The notes beneath the pieces are model-generated. The model saw nothing but the letters and a program-made list of their open reading frames with translations, was not told the origin of the DNA and did not search any database. From positions 32,001-96,000 of the forward strand of contig JBDRRF010000103.1 in the NCBI GenBank assembly GCA_043825875.1: a DNA stretch of 64,000 nt, written 5' to 3'. Positions within the stretch are counted from its first letter, which is position 1; each line of letters opens with the position of its first letter. The DNA is from Pseudomonadota bacterium (GTDB lineage Bacteria; Desulfobacterota; Desulfobacteria; Desulfobacterales; RPRI01). The position numbers were made by a program, and so were the translations under genes. Below, in pieces: positions 19,415 through 28,705 of the stretch.

Positions 19415-20398
19415 TTAATTTTTCTGCGCTATGACTCTCATGTGCGAGCTGAAATTATGTCTACCTATCCAGGACTGGAGATCTTTCTTAGCCTGAGCTG
19501 AGCCGTATTTGGAGACCGTGCTGAAAAAACGGCCGGGGTCAAGCGATTCCTGACGATAACCACTCTCAACGATATCCCAATCCAACTGTCCCGGTGTTGA
19601 GACTTCGATCAAGGTAAATCCCATTTTTTCAAGCATCAGGCGAATGGATTGGGTATTGAAAAAATTGAGGTGATGGGGCGGCATCACGCTTTTTGATCTT
19701 TCCCATAACAGTTGAATGTCAAATCCTAATCCATTCAATGTGGTCAGATACAAATAACCGCCCACATTGAGAAACTGCGAGACTTTCCTGACAAAGGCGG
19801 AAGGATCGTGGAGATGTTCGAATAACTCAAAGGCCGTCAACAAATCGAATTTATGACAATTAGGATCGATATTTTCCATTGTTGATTCTATGACGGCTAA
19901 ACCTCTGTCTCTGCAAATTTTTGCCATATCAATCGATGGCTCTATCGCTATAATATTTGAATCAGGCCAAATTTTTTTCAATTCCTCCGGAAAGATGCCG
20001 AAGCCTGCGCCAATATCACCAATGATTCCTGCTTGTAATTGAGGAAATTTCTCAGTGATGTATTGCGCCCGTGGCTTGAAGATTTTTTCCCGGCGGGCCT
20101 CGGCCATCGGGAGGAAGAATTCCTCAACCCAGAATTTTGTGGATAAAGAATCAGTGTAAATCTGCATTAAGTTTTCGTACGTCGGCCTTGGATTGACAAA
20201 GAGAGTATCACATTTTGAGCACTGGACGTAATGAAATCCCGATTTGTCAAATTGCGCCACATTGTGATCGCACCCGCAGGCAGGGCAGCAAATGGTCTGA
20301 AATGTTGATTTATCCCGAAAGACAACCTCAGCGTCGATTTCTACCAATTTGAGATATCGATTAAAGACATCCCTTTTTCTTATTTCATCTTCTTTCAT
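19415..20398 (-). CDS. Class I SAM methyltransferase with N-terminal Cys cluster
   Basis: CPAC...CSKC, DIGAGFG, FELFEHL, PPHHLNFF. Confidence 0.85.
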   Translation of the reverse strand: MKEDEIRKRDVFNRYLKLVEIDAEVVFRDKSTFQTICCPACGCDHNVAQFDKSGFHYVQCSKCDTLFVNPRPTYENLMQIYTDSLSTKFWVEEFFLPMAEARREKIFKPRAQYITEKFPQLQAGIIGDIGAGFGIFPEELKKIWPDSNIIAIEPSIDMAKICRDRGLAVIESTMENIDPNCHKFDLLTAFELFEHLHDPSAFVRKVSQFLNVGGYLYLTTLNGLGFDIQLLWERSKSVMPPHHLNFFNTQSIRLMLEKMGFTLIEVSTPGQLDWDIVESGYRQESLDPGRFFSTVSKYGSAQAKKDLQSWIGRHNFSSHMRVIAQKN

Positions 20399-20405
20399 TC
20401 TTGCT

Positions 20406-21179
20406 CTATACCTTTAGGTATTTTGCAACAAGAGGATCTCTTTTCAGTTGCTCTTCTACAAATGTAATATCTCCAGGAACATCAACCCCGTATGATTTGA
20501 ATTTGGTCTTAACCATTTTAATTCTTCTGCCATGTTCCAGGAGTCTGTTCATATCAACAGATTCGATTATTTCTAATGGCGTCGGTGATAAATTGATGTA
20601 TTCTAAAAGTAGGTTTTTTTCGAAAAGAATGATGCCGAGCTGCTTCCACATAGGTAAAACACCACTATAATTTCGTTTTGACGGTATAGGTTCTCTGGAA
20701 AAATACAAAACAAAATCATTCAAATCCAAAACGACCTTGATGATATTGTAGTTGTTGAATTCTTCTTCCGTTTCAATTTTGTTGATCAGGTTTGTAATCT
20801 TTAATGTCGGATCATTGATCACCGGGTTAATAAGATCGTTAATCATGCCCGGCATCAGCATGGGCTCATCGCCCTGAATCATTGCGACATAGTCAACCGC
20901 AACGTTCTCTTTCTGCTCAATATTAACGATGGCCTCTGCCGCCCGATCCGAGGCGCGCTGGTGCGAATCGGCCGTCATGACCGCCTTGCCGCCAATAAAG
21001 TTTATATAGTTAAATATTTCCTCATCACAAGTGGCCACCCACACATCGTCAAGGTGGGAGCACATTTTTGCGCGAAAATAAACATGACCAATCATAGGCA
21101 TACCAAGGATAGGGGCCATAGGCTTATTGGGAAAACGGGATGCTGCTAAGCGTGCTGGTATAATAGCTGTAATATTCAT
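20406..21179 (-). CDS. kdsB: KdsB-like 3-deoxy-2-ulosonate cytidylyltransferase
   Basis: IIPARLAASRFPNKP, QGDEP, LYFSREPIP, LEIIESVDMNR, GVDVPGD; start ATG 21179. Confidence 0.85.
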   Translation of the reverse strand: MNITAIIPARLAASRFPNKPMAPILGMPMIGHVYFRAKMCSHLDDVWVATCDEEIFNYINFIGGKAVMTADSHQRASDRAAEAIVNIEQKENVAVDYVAMIQGDEPMLMPGMINDLINPVINDPTLKITNLINKIETEEEFNNYNIIKVVLDLNDFVLYFSREPIPSKRNYSGVLPMWKQLGIILFEKNLLLEYINLSPTPLEIIESVDMNRLLEHGRRIKMVKTKFKSYGVDVPGDITFVEEQLKRDPLVAKYLKV

Positions 21180-21516
21180 AACACTTCTTCGTTTATGTTT
21201 CTGAGCCAATATAAGAATCTGACCCATTGCCACTGCAGTTTAGTTGGCCGGTTTTAATCGATATATCCATATTTCCCTTGCTGTGACAATTACTTGACCT
21301 CTACAAGGGAGAAGACCTACAAAATTTTGTCTCATACCAATTAGTTTTCAAACACTAAATAATATTTCAACTGATTTATAATAATAACTGGAAGATAAGC
21401 ATCATAATAGTTTAATATGTGAAAGCGTATTGGTATCATGTTGTTGAAGGGGAAATCATATGTGCCTTTTTGCATACCACGAAGTCAAAAAGTTACACAA
21501 AATATCCAAAAAAAAT

Positions 21517-22125
21517 TTATGGAAACTTAAAATAATGTTTAGAAAAATTTATTAATTTTCTACTGCCAATCACTCTGGCTGGATTACTTGTAACAATTGA
21601 ATATGGAGGGAAAACACCTGAAACAAATGAGCCTGCAGCTATAATCGAACCATAACCAATTTTTGTGCCGGTTAGTATAATGCAGTTCGCCCCAATCCAA
21701 ACATCACCCTCTATAACTATACTTGCTTCCTCTTTATCTTCACTAAATACCTTCTTTGCAAGATGACCTTGGTGGATGAAGGGTGTAGTTGAATCAGAAT
21801 AGTCATGGTTTGAAGCTCTTATGAAAACCCCGCTCGCTATGTGCACGTCGGCCCCTATTATTATGCCAAAGCTATCATTAGGATCAAGAATAGAGTTACG
21901 TCCAATCGAAAACGAGTCACCAATTTTCAGTTTAGCATCATTGTAGATAAAAGTATTTGGGGAAATATGCGGATTCTTGCCGAGATTACCGCTTAATTTC
22001 ATTCTGAAATAGGATTCTCTTAATTGTCGGCCAATTCTCGTTTCAGGGTAAAAGATTACGAATACTTCAATCAGCCCAACTATTTCATCCTTTATAGATC
22101 TTAGAATACGTCTAATCATCATCAA
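21517..22125 (-). CDS. Hexapeptide-repeat (LbH) acyltransferase
   Basis: ASNHDY, IEGDVWIGANCIILTG, IAAGSFV, NPARVI. Confidence 0.88.
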   Translation of the reverse strand: MMMIRRILRSIKDEIVGLIEVFVIFYPETRIGRQLRESYFRMKLSGNLGKNPHISPNTFIYNDAKLKIGDSFSIGRNSILDPNDSFGIIIGADVHIASGVFIRASNHDYSDSTTPFIHQGHLAKKVFSEDKEEASIVIEGDVWIGANCIILTGTKIGYGSIIAAGSFVSGVFPPYSIVTSNPARVIGSRKLINFSKHYFKFP

Positions 22126-23734
22126 TGACCACCATGTCTTTAATGTTTCGCAATTGTTCTGATATGTCAGACGAATGACTAAAGCAGCTTAGATTATCTT
22201 CTCTGGTGATCTTGTCAATTATATGCTGATAGTAAGATATTTGTTCCCAAGAAAATGATCTGCTTCTGAGATAAATTAGATACCAAAGCCCAAGATCCGA
22301 ATCAACATATAGACAATTATTGATTTTATCATGCATATATAGTTTCATTCTTGATGCTTCATCACTTGACATCGTCTCATGAATCCATTTAAATCCTTCA
22401 CCTTCAAGTCCATATTTTCCCCTCTGCAAATGAACAGGTGAATTATGGAGATAATAAAATTCCTTGAGCGAATAATAATCGAGACCGGATCGATTTATGA
22501 AGTTTATCGTGTTATTAATTGTATTTTCTGTTTCCATTGGAAATCCTACTATAAACGATGCAAAAGTAGTTATTCCGTGCTTTTTTATGGACTCAATGCC
22601 CTTTTCATAGTTGCCAATATTGGCTTTTTTGTTCATCCGCATAAGGATATCATTATCGCCCGATTCTAATCCAAGGTATACTCCATCACATCCAGAATCC
22701 GCCATTTCAGCAGCAATCTCGTCGGTGATAAACTGTGCTCTAAGGAAAGCATACCATTTAAAATTATGATTATTTAGCCTTTCGAGCAATGTTGAGAAAA
22801 ATCTTCTTGAAGCATTCAACGTGTCATCTATGAAAACCAAATTTTTTATACCAGCGTCCTCTAAAGTAATAAGTGTTTTTTCGATAAAATCATTTTCTGA
22901 GCACTGAAATTGACTAGCCATCGAAGGGTAACTACAAAAAGCACACTTAAAAGGACACCCTATAGAAACACGTAATTGTATGATATTATTATGGAAAATA
23001 GAAATTGACCTTCTAAATACTTCGGGATCAAACCAGGGATTTTGAGCGACATCATGGCATCTGTTATTATGAAAGACACCTTGGTCATCCAAGTAAACAA
23101 GATTCTTGATACTCCCGAACTCTGATTGCTTATTTATTAAGGTATTATAAATTTGTACAATTGCGGTATCGGCATCATTTCCATGCAGGATGAATCTAAT
23201 ACCATATTTTTTCATGGATTTTTCAAAAGACGCGAATCCCTTCATCCGGTTCTGGTTATGAACAAAAGCCCCTCCGAGAATAAATATTACATATGGAAAG
23301 TCTTTTAATATTTGTTTTGTTATTCTCTTAATTTCAGACCATTGTAAAATGAAAGTGGTCGATATGCCTACTATCTGGATATCAGTGTCCGATAAGAGAT
23401 TCTTTAGCACATCATATTCAGCATCAAAATCGTTTATTATGTTACATTCCACGCCCTCCATAAGCAGATGCTGGATCGATAATATCCCATTCAGTGACGG
23501 CATATTCCAGATGGAAAAAAATTTACGCCTTTCAGAATAGGATGCCTCGCTGAAATATTTTCCAAAGTAAATACGGTTGAGTACATCCAAATGAGTTCTA
23601 AAGCCGTTTTCATAATATACCATCCTAAGCTGGACAAGATGCCTGTATAGCTCAATTCGATTTATATCGAGATCTTTATAACCCTCTTGTACGTTCTCAG
23701 AAGATGAAATTATTATAAATGGTGATTTTTTCAT
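22112..23734 (-). CDS. Cobalamin-dependent radical SAM enzyme (PhpK/CysS/BzaD-like clade)
   Basis: VGISTTF and LGGAF B12-domain-like segments, CPFKCAFC, FIDDTLN, WYAFLRAQ, GVYLGLESG, FIVGFPMET, GLEGEGFKWIHETM. Confidence 0.75.
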   Translation of the reverse strand: MKKSPFIIISSSENVQEGYKDLDINRIELYRHLVQLRMVYYENGFRTHLDVLNRIYFGKYFSEASYSERRKFFSIWNMPSLNGILSIQHLLMEGVECNIINDFDAEYDVLKNLLSDTDIQIVGISTTFILQWSEIKRITKQILKDFPYVIFILGGAFVHNQNRMKGFASFEKSMKKYGIRFILHGNDADTAIVQIYNTLINKQSEFGSIKNLVYLDDQGVFHNNRCHDVAQNPWFDPEVFRRSISIFHNNIIQLRVSIGCPFKCAFCSYPSMASQFQCSENDFIEKTLITLEDAGIKNLVFIDDTLNASRRFFSTLLERLNNHNFKWYAFLRAQFITDEIAAEMADSGCDGVYLGLESGDNDILMRMNKKANIGNYEKGIESIKKHGITTFASFIVGFPMETENTINNTINFINRSGLDYYSLKEFYYLHNSPVHLQRGKYGLEGEGFKWIHETMSSDEASRMKLYMHDKINNCLYVDSDLGLWYLIYLRSRSFSWEQISYYQHIIDKITREDNLSCFSHSSDISEQLRNIKDMVVIDDD

Positions 23735-23976
23735 TTGGGGTTAATTTTTTTCATCAGATAATCTACAAACTGCCCAACATTCTGGATTTCCATTACATCC
23801 TCAGTTTTGAATGCAACATTAAACTTTCGCTCAATTGCAAGAAGCAACTGAATATGCATGAGTGAATCCCATTCTTCAATATCGTTAGCTGTCATCTCAT
23901 CGAATATTTCTATGGAGTTATCATCGAATACTTCTCTAAATATTGATTGTAAATCACGCTTGACACTGTCCCGCAT
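23731..23976 (-). CDS. Acyl carrier protein
   Basis: 81 aa, acidic, WDSLMHIQL phosphopantetheine Ser motif. Confidence 0.9.
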   Translation of the reverse strand: MRDSVKRDLQSIFREVFDDNSIEIFDEMTANDIEEWDSLMHIQLLLAIERKFNVAFKTEDVMEIQNVGQFVDYLMKKINPK

Positions 23977-25873
23977 AGTGGTTCTCCCTTGTATTATTAT
24001 TTTTTTTCATATCTTCTATAACATGTTTCTTATAAACAATATCCCCCATTTTGATTGAATAAAAAATGCCACCCCCTGATAACTTGCTAAGTTCAGATGG
24101 AATATCTTTTAACGGCTTGAATCCAAGGGAGGGTAGAAATTCATTGACAACTTTGTTTTTCTCTGTTGGAATAAACTCTCCTACGATGCAAGATATTTCA
24201 TTCCATGTTTTTACTTTTTCAGTGATTTTATTGAACATAGCATGCTCAACACCCTTGTTAAAGGCTCTGCAACTCAAGACCCAAGTATCGATAAATGCCA
24301 TGTTCTTTAACTTCCTTAAAATTAAGCAAGTTATAATTCCAAAATTGCTAAATTTGTCCTTGAGTTCACCTAAAAGAAGAATAAATTGTGATGCATCATT
24401 CATTATTTTTTGAATATCACCTTTGCTATATCTTTTTGTTCTCAGATTGAATTGGTTTGTTTTGTTAATAAGTTGGACAAATCTTGCCAAGCTCTGTTCA
24501 GAAGGCTCATTGATCCTGATCTCCATTTCAAGTGATTTTAGAAAAGAATTATAATCTGTGTGTTCCTTCCTGATCTCTTCACGCTGGTAGTTTGTTACAT
24601 ATGTTTCAGTCCGCTCAATATCCTCCTTTGTAAGTTGAATCCAATCAAAATAAGCACCCCTATCAAGGATTTTTGTATAATACGCTGGTTCATCATCCAC
24701 AGGGACAACAGTCACTTCTGGCAGGTATCTCTTTACAAGCTCTCTTTCTGCTGGATTGTCATCAAAGAAAACTAAAGAATCAATCCCAATATTTAACTGC
24801 TTGGCGATGCTTCTTATGTTACTGACCTTGTCATCCCAGTTGGCCACAAAACAACAAATATCATCGAGTTTGAGAATCATCTGTTCATGTTTGAGAAAAG
24901 GAATCTTAGCCATATCCTCGTTATTTTTACTGCAAACCGCGAGCATTACACCCCTTTCTCTGAGCTTTTTTATATATTTCTGAAATGAGAGATATGCCTC
25001 ACCAACCGCATTATTAGGGTCTAAATTTATTCCCTCAATACCATCATCACCTATAACACCGCCCCATAGGGTGTTATCCAAATCTAAAATAAGGCATTTG
25101 TTGACCTTGCCTGACGCTGAAGCAACAAGCGATGAAAACAAATTGGCCAAATGAGGAATCGCATCGAAACTAAAACCTTGCTTACTAAGAAAGTAATTCT
25201 TATCATCAAACCATTTGTCCTTACCATAGAGAGCTGAATGATAATCCATATCTATCAGATTAATATGCATAGGTTTATTTGCTATAAGTTGGTAGTTGAA
25301 AAGCTTGATGCAAGATGTCTGAGTGAAGATATAATTAGATTCAAGATTACCTATCGGCATTTCAGCGGGTATTGCATACAGCGTCTGAAATAAAGTTGAT
25401 ATTTTTGATCCTTTAAGTCTATCCCAAAGTCGAATCCAATCGGATATTTTATTTTCCGACCACACATCAACACTTTTTTTTGAGGAAAATAAAGGAGGAT
25501 ATTCCTTTATGTCTCGATAATCCGTCAAAATAAAAAGTATATCAGGATCAAATTTATATAAACCTGAATCGGGATTTAATATTTCATATTCAGTGTTATT
25601 GAAGATCCCCTCGTAAAATTCTGGCTGTATTGCTTTATTCAAGAGAAATAACTTAAATACATATTGAAAATGCTGAGTAGAATACGAGGCCAAAATGGCG
25701 ATCTTTTTATAAACCAACTTGTTTCTGTGTTTTGAGATATACAAATCTTCAATCTTTGAGAATTTCTTATAAAGTGTTAGGAGATCAGAGATATCTCTAT
25801 TTGAGAAAAAATCTCTTTTATCAAATTCTCTTTCAAAATAAGCCATTCTTTCATTTACATCATTCATGTTCAT
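23954..25873 (-). CDS. FkbH-like HAD-IIIC glyceryl-transferase/phosphatase
   Basis: LILDLDNTLWGGVIGDDG, CSKN, FFDDNPAER, KTNQFNL, LSCR; ATG 25873 overlaps the MaoC stop. Confidence 0.9.
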   Translation of the reverse strand: MNMNDVNERMAYFEREFDKRDFFSNRDISDLLTLYKKFSKIEDLYISKHRNKLVYKKIAILASYSTQHFQYVFKLFLLNKAIQPEFYEGIFNNTEYEILNPDSGLYKFDPDILFILTDYRDIKEYPPLFSSKKSVDVWSENKISDWIRLWDRLKGSKISTLFQTLYAIPAEMPIGNLESNYIFTQTSCIKLFNYQLIANKPMHINLIDMDYHSALYGKDKWFDDKNYFLSKQGFSFDAIPHLANLFSSLVASASGKVNKCLILDLDNTLWGGVIGDDGIEGINLDPNNAVGEAYLSFQKYIKKLRERGVMLAVCSKNNEDMAKIPFLKHEQMILKLDDICCFVANWDDKVSNIRSIAKQLNIGIDSLVFFDDNPAERELVKRYLPEVTVVPVDDEPAYYTKILDRGAYFDWIQLTKEDIERTETYVTNYQREEIRKEHTDYNSFLKSLEMEIRINEPSEQSLARFVQLINKTNQFNLRTKRYSKGDIQKIMNDASQFILLLGELKDKFSNFGIITCLILRKLKNMAFIDTWVLSCRAFNKGVEHAMFNKITEKVKTWNEISCIVGEFIPTEKNKVVNEFLPSLGFKPLKDIPSELSKLSGGGIFYSIKMGDIVYKKHVIEDMKKNNNTRENHYAGQCQA

Positions 25874-26292
25874 ATTTTTATCTCTACCATCTCTTTTACT
25901 TGGCATTTCCCCTGTGCGATTGTTACTTTTTTCCCATTAGTAAAAGTCAACTTCAGTTCGGCAACTTTTAGTGCAATCGAGATATTTTCCATGATCCCTA
26001 GCAACTGGATTTTATCACCTGGATGAAAGGGATGCCTATAAAGGATGTTTTGCGAAATAAGCATTACTTTATATTTTCTCATCTCAACGCCAACCAATGA
26101 AGATATCATTAAACCGAGAAGGTTGCCATAACATACTATATTTCTGAATCCATATAATTTTGAATAGTTAGGGTCGATATGAATTGGATTATCGTCTAAA
26201 GATATTTCTCTAAACTTATTCATAATATCTATTGTTATTACCATATTCCAATGAAACTCTTGTCCTATTTTAAGCATCTCAATCATATACAA
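25870..26292 (-). CDS. MaoC/PhaJ hot-dog dehydratase
   Basis: FREISLDDNPIHID (DxNPIH), YGNL, PGD. Confidence 0.85.
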   Translation of the reverse strand: MYMIEMLKIGQEFHWNMVITIDIMNKFREISLDDNPIHIDPNYSKLYGFRNIVCYGNLLGLMISSLVGVEMRKYKVMLISQNILYRHPFHPGDKIQLLGIMENISIALKVAELKLTFTNGKKVTIAQGKCQVKEMVEIKI

Positions 26293-26336
26293 TTATTCTC
26301 ATATCCATATAAATAACTACTAATACGCGCCAATAA

Positions 26337-26750
26337 TTATGTGAGGATAGCTGCTAAACCCATCCTACAACTACATCAAGTATTCGAATATCGATGCTAT
26401 AAGCAATAAATCGGTATCCTTCTTCTCTTCGCTGTTGAAGCTGCATTACCTCCGGCTCAACAATATGGATGCACGTAGCTTTACCCGATGCACCCCCAAC
26501 TGATTCTTATAGTGGCCATTACCTTTTGCATAAAGCGAATGCGATTAATAATCCGTGATGCCTAATGATCTGGAGAGCTCGTAAGAACCGACAATAAACC
26601 CGTCGACACTATCAACGACAGACTTTCAGCAAGATTATCAACAGGCTTGGATATGTTCAATCTGAACACAGTGGCTTCATGACTTAGCCAATCCTTATAT
26701 GCTTAGAATGAAATCAACAAGTCCAACAGGTTCTCTAACAGCTTTTTCAT
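26337..26750 (-). pseudogene. Frameshifted 3' remnant of a second HpcH/HpaI aldolase gene
   Basis: Colinear DNA similarity to about 27860-28320, e.g. tggcttcatgact-agccaatccttatatgctt, gcttggatatgttcaatctg, gtagctttacccga; pieces translate to AYKDWLSHEA, VQIEHIQA, YSIDIRILDV. Confidence 0.85.
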
Positions 26751-26845
26751 ACAATCATTCTTACCATATAGATTCATCTGCCGTTCATCCTTTTCCAAGT
26801 CCGCCGACGTATGACACGGTCAAAACATCAGCTACTTTCTTAGCA

Positions 26846-27805
26846 CTAGAAATTCCCTATTTTTTCATCACACCCACTGGCCCAACTATCTATGGTAAAT
26901 AGATTAGAGATTTTTCTAAATATTATTTCAATTCTTCCTTTACCCTTAAAATTACGAAGAACAAATTTTTCATTATTTTTCAAATATTGTTTAATATGTA
27001 CATGCATCTCCTTGGACAATATACCAATTTTAGAAGATAAATTTAAAAGGACTTCAGCTAAATCGAAATATTCATATGCAAGATATACTGTAACCGCTCG
27101 TAATATCTTATCTTCATTAACATTCTTATCAGAGCAGATATTTTCTGGGGTTTTGAAATATAATGCATCTCCAAAAATAATTTGGCCTTTTTGTCCTGGA
27201 CCATAATGATGTGTATTGTTTCTTCTCCAATAATACCTTTTTAAATCGATAAGTTCGAAACCACGACTTGTTATGAATTGATCGATTTCGGGAAACAGGG
27301 GTTGATCCTTGTAGATGGGCAAAAATTCAACCTCAACCTCCAGGCCGATCACATTTTCAAGCGTTTTTACAGCACCTTCCAAAATTGATAATTCATATCC
27401 TTGTGTATCAATTTTGATGAAATCAACTTCAAGCAAGCCGGCTTTACGTAATTGGCTATCCATTGTATCAGTTTTCATTGTTATGGTATTTACTATGTCA
27501 TGCCTTTCAGCCTCTGGATATTTGCTAAGTAATTCAAAATTTGGCATAAAAATTGACGAGACTTGTTGTTTTCGGCAGAGATTGAATTTTAGGTCTTTGG
27601 GAAAATCGGATAAAGCACTGTTTAATACTATATAATTATCGCCTACACTTTGTTTCAACCTATCATATTCCCTGGGATCTGGCTCAAAGAGCACCGCTTT
27701 AAAATTAGAACCAGCTATCTTTGGCCATCTTGAATGGAGTCCGCCACTGGCTCCTACATCAATAACATAAATAGTTTTGTTTTTTAAAATGCCTTTATTA
27801 CTCAT
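26846..27805 (-). CDS. FkbM-family methyltransferase
   Basis: IDVGASGG, FEPD, FIKIDTQGYELSILEGA, EVEF, GDALY. Confidence 0.88.
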   Translation of the reverse strand: MSNKGILKNKTIYVIDVGASGGLHSRWPKIAGSNFKAVLFEPDPREYDRLKQSVGDNYIVLNSALSDFPKDLKFNLCRKQQVSSIFMPNFELLSKYPEAERHDIVNTITMKTDTMDSQLRKAGLLEVDFIKIDTQGYELSILEGAVKTLENVIGLEVEVEFLPIYKDQPLFPEIDQFITSRGFELIDLKRYYWRRNNTHHYGPGQKGQIIFGDALYFKTPENICSDKNVNEDKILRAVTVYLAYEYFDLAEVLLNLSSKIGILSKEMHVHIKQYLKNNEKFVLRNFKGKGRIEIIFRKISNLFTIDSWASGCDEKIGNF

Positions 27806-27859
27806 CCATCCGCCTCAAATTGTCTTTGTTTAATCAGTAAAACTTCTTATATATATCTG

Positions 27860-28630
27860 CTATGAATGAATCGACATTATTGCAGTTCTACAGGTAACAT
27901 CCAGCATTCGAATATCGACGCTGTAAGCGATAAACTGGTAATTTTCCTTGATGCGCTGTTGAAGCTGAGTTACGTCCGGCTCAATAATATGAATGCCTGT
28001 AGCTTTACCCGAAGTGAGTCCCACGCTTTTTATCGTGGCCATTGTCTTTTGCATAAGCGGATGCTCAAAATCACCGGGGACGCCCAACGATCCTGAAAGA
28101 TCGTAAGGTCCCACAATAAAACCATCTACGCCCTCAACAGACAGGATTGCGACAAGATTTTCTACAGCTTGGATATGTTCAATCTGCACGATTACAATGG
28201 CTTCATGACTAAGCCAATCCTTATATGCTTCGAAGGTGTTACCGTAACCCTGTGCCCGTGCCAGCCCCACCCCTCTTTTTCCTTGTGGCGGGTAACGAAC
28301 AGCTGCAACGGCCCGCTCTGCCTCGGCGGCAGAATTCACCATCGGCACGATTATACCATATGCGCCCGCATCCATAACTCGTTTGATTTGAACAGAATCA
28401 TTGGTCGAAAGACGGACTAAAGGTACAGCTCCACACAGATCGATTACCCTGATCAATTCCTCGGCCTCCCGAATTGTGATAACACTGTGCTCCAAATCGA
28501 CGGCCAGCCAATCAAATCCTGCCTTCGCCATGATTTCCGCAATCGCCGGATGTGCAAGCGTGATCCAGGAACCAATACTCAATCCATTATTATGCAGTTT
28601 CTCTTTAAGTGTAGCAATTCTCATTTTCAA
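27860..28630 (-). CDS. HpcH/HpaI class II pyruvate-dependent aldolase
   Basis: GFDWLAVDLEH, PLVR, VQIEH, VGPYDLSGSLG. Confidence 0.9.
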   Translation of the reverse strand: MKMRIATLKEKLHNNGLSIGSWITLAHPAIAEIMAKAGFDWLAVDLEHSVITIREAEELIRVIDLCGAVPLVRLSTNDSVQIKRVMDAGAYGIIVPMVNSAAEAERAVAAVRYPPQGKRGVGLARAQGYGNTFEAYKDWLSHEAIVIVQIEHIQAVENLVAILSVEGVDGFIVGPYDLSGSLGVPGDFEHPLMQKTMATIKSVGLTSGKATGIHIIEPDVTQLQQRIKENYQFIAYSVDIRMLDVTCRTAIMSIHS

Positions 28631-28705
28631 TCATCGCCCTTCTATTTGGCAGTAGTGTTAAGAATTTTTCGCTTTTTATTGGCAGCGCCCTTTCATTGCC
28701 TTTCA

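Noticed and set aside
21243..21336. MRQNFVGLLPCRG short ORF resembling a cytidylyltransferase N-terminus
   Set aside because: Similarity is limited to about 8 residues, too weak without an alignment
22112..23734. Phosphonate/phosphinate pathway suggested by PhpK-like similarity
   Set aside because: No PEP mutase or phosphonopyruvate decarboxylase in the window; cannot be excluded outside it
26770..26845. AKKVADVLT..GGLG resembling a KdsC tail
   Set aside because: Too short, and the nearby AVRE is better explained as part of the aldolase remnant
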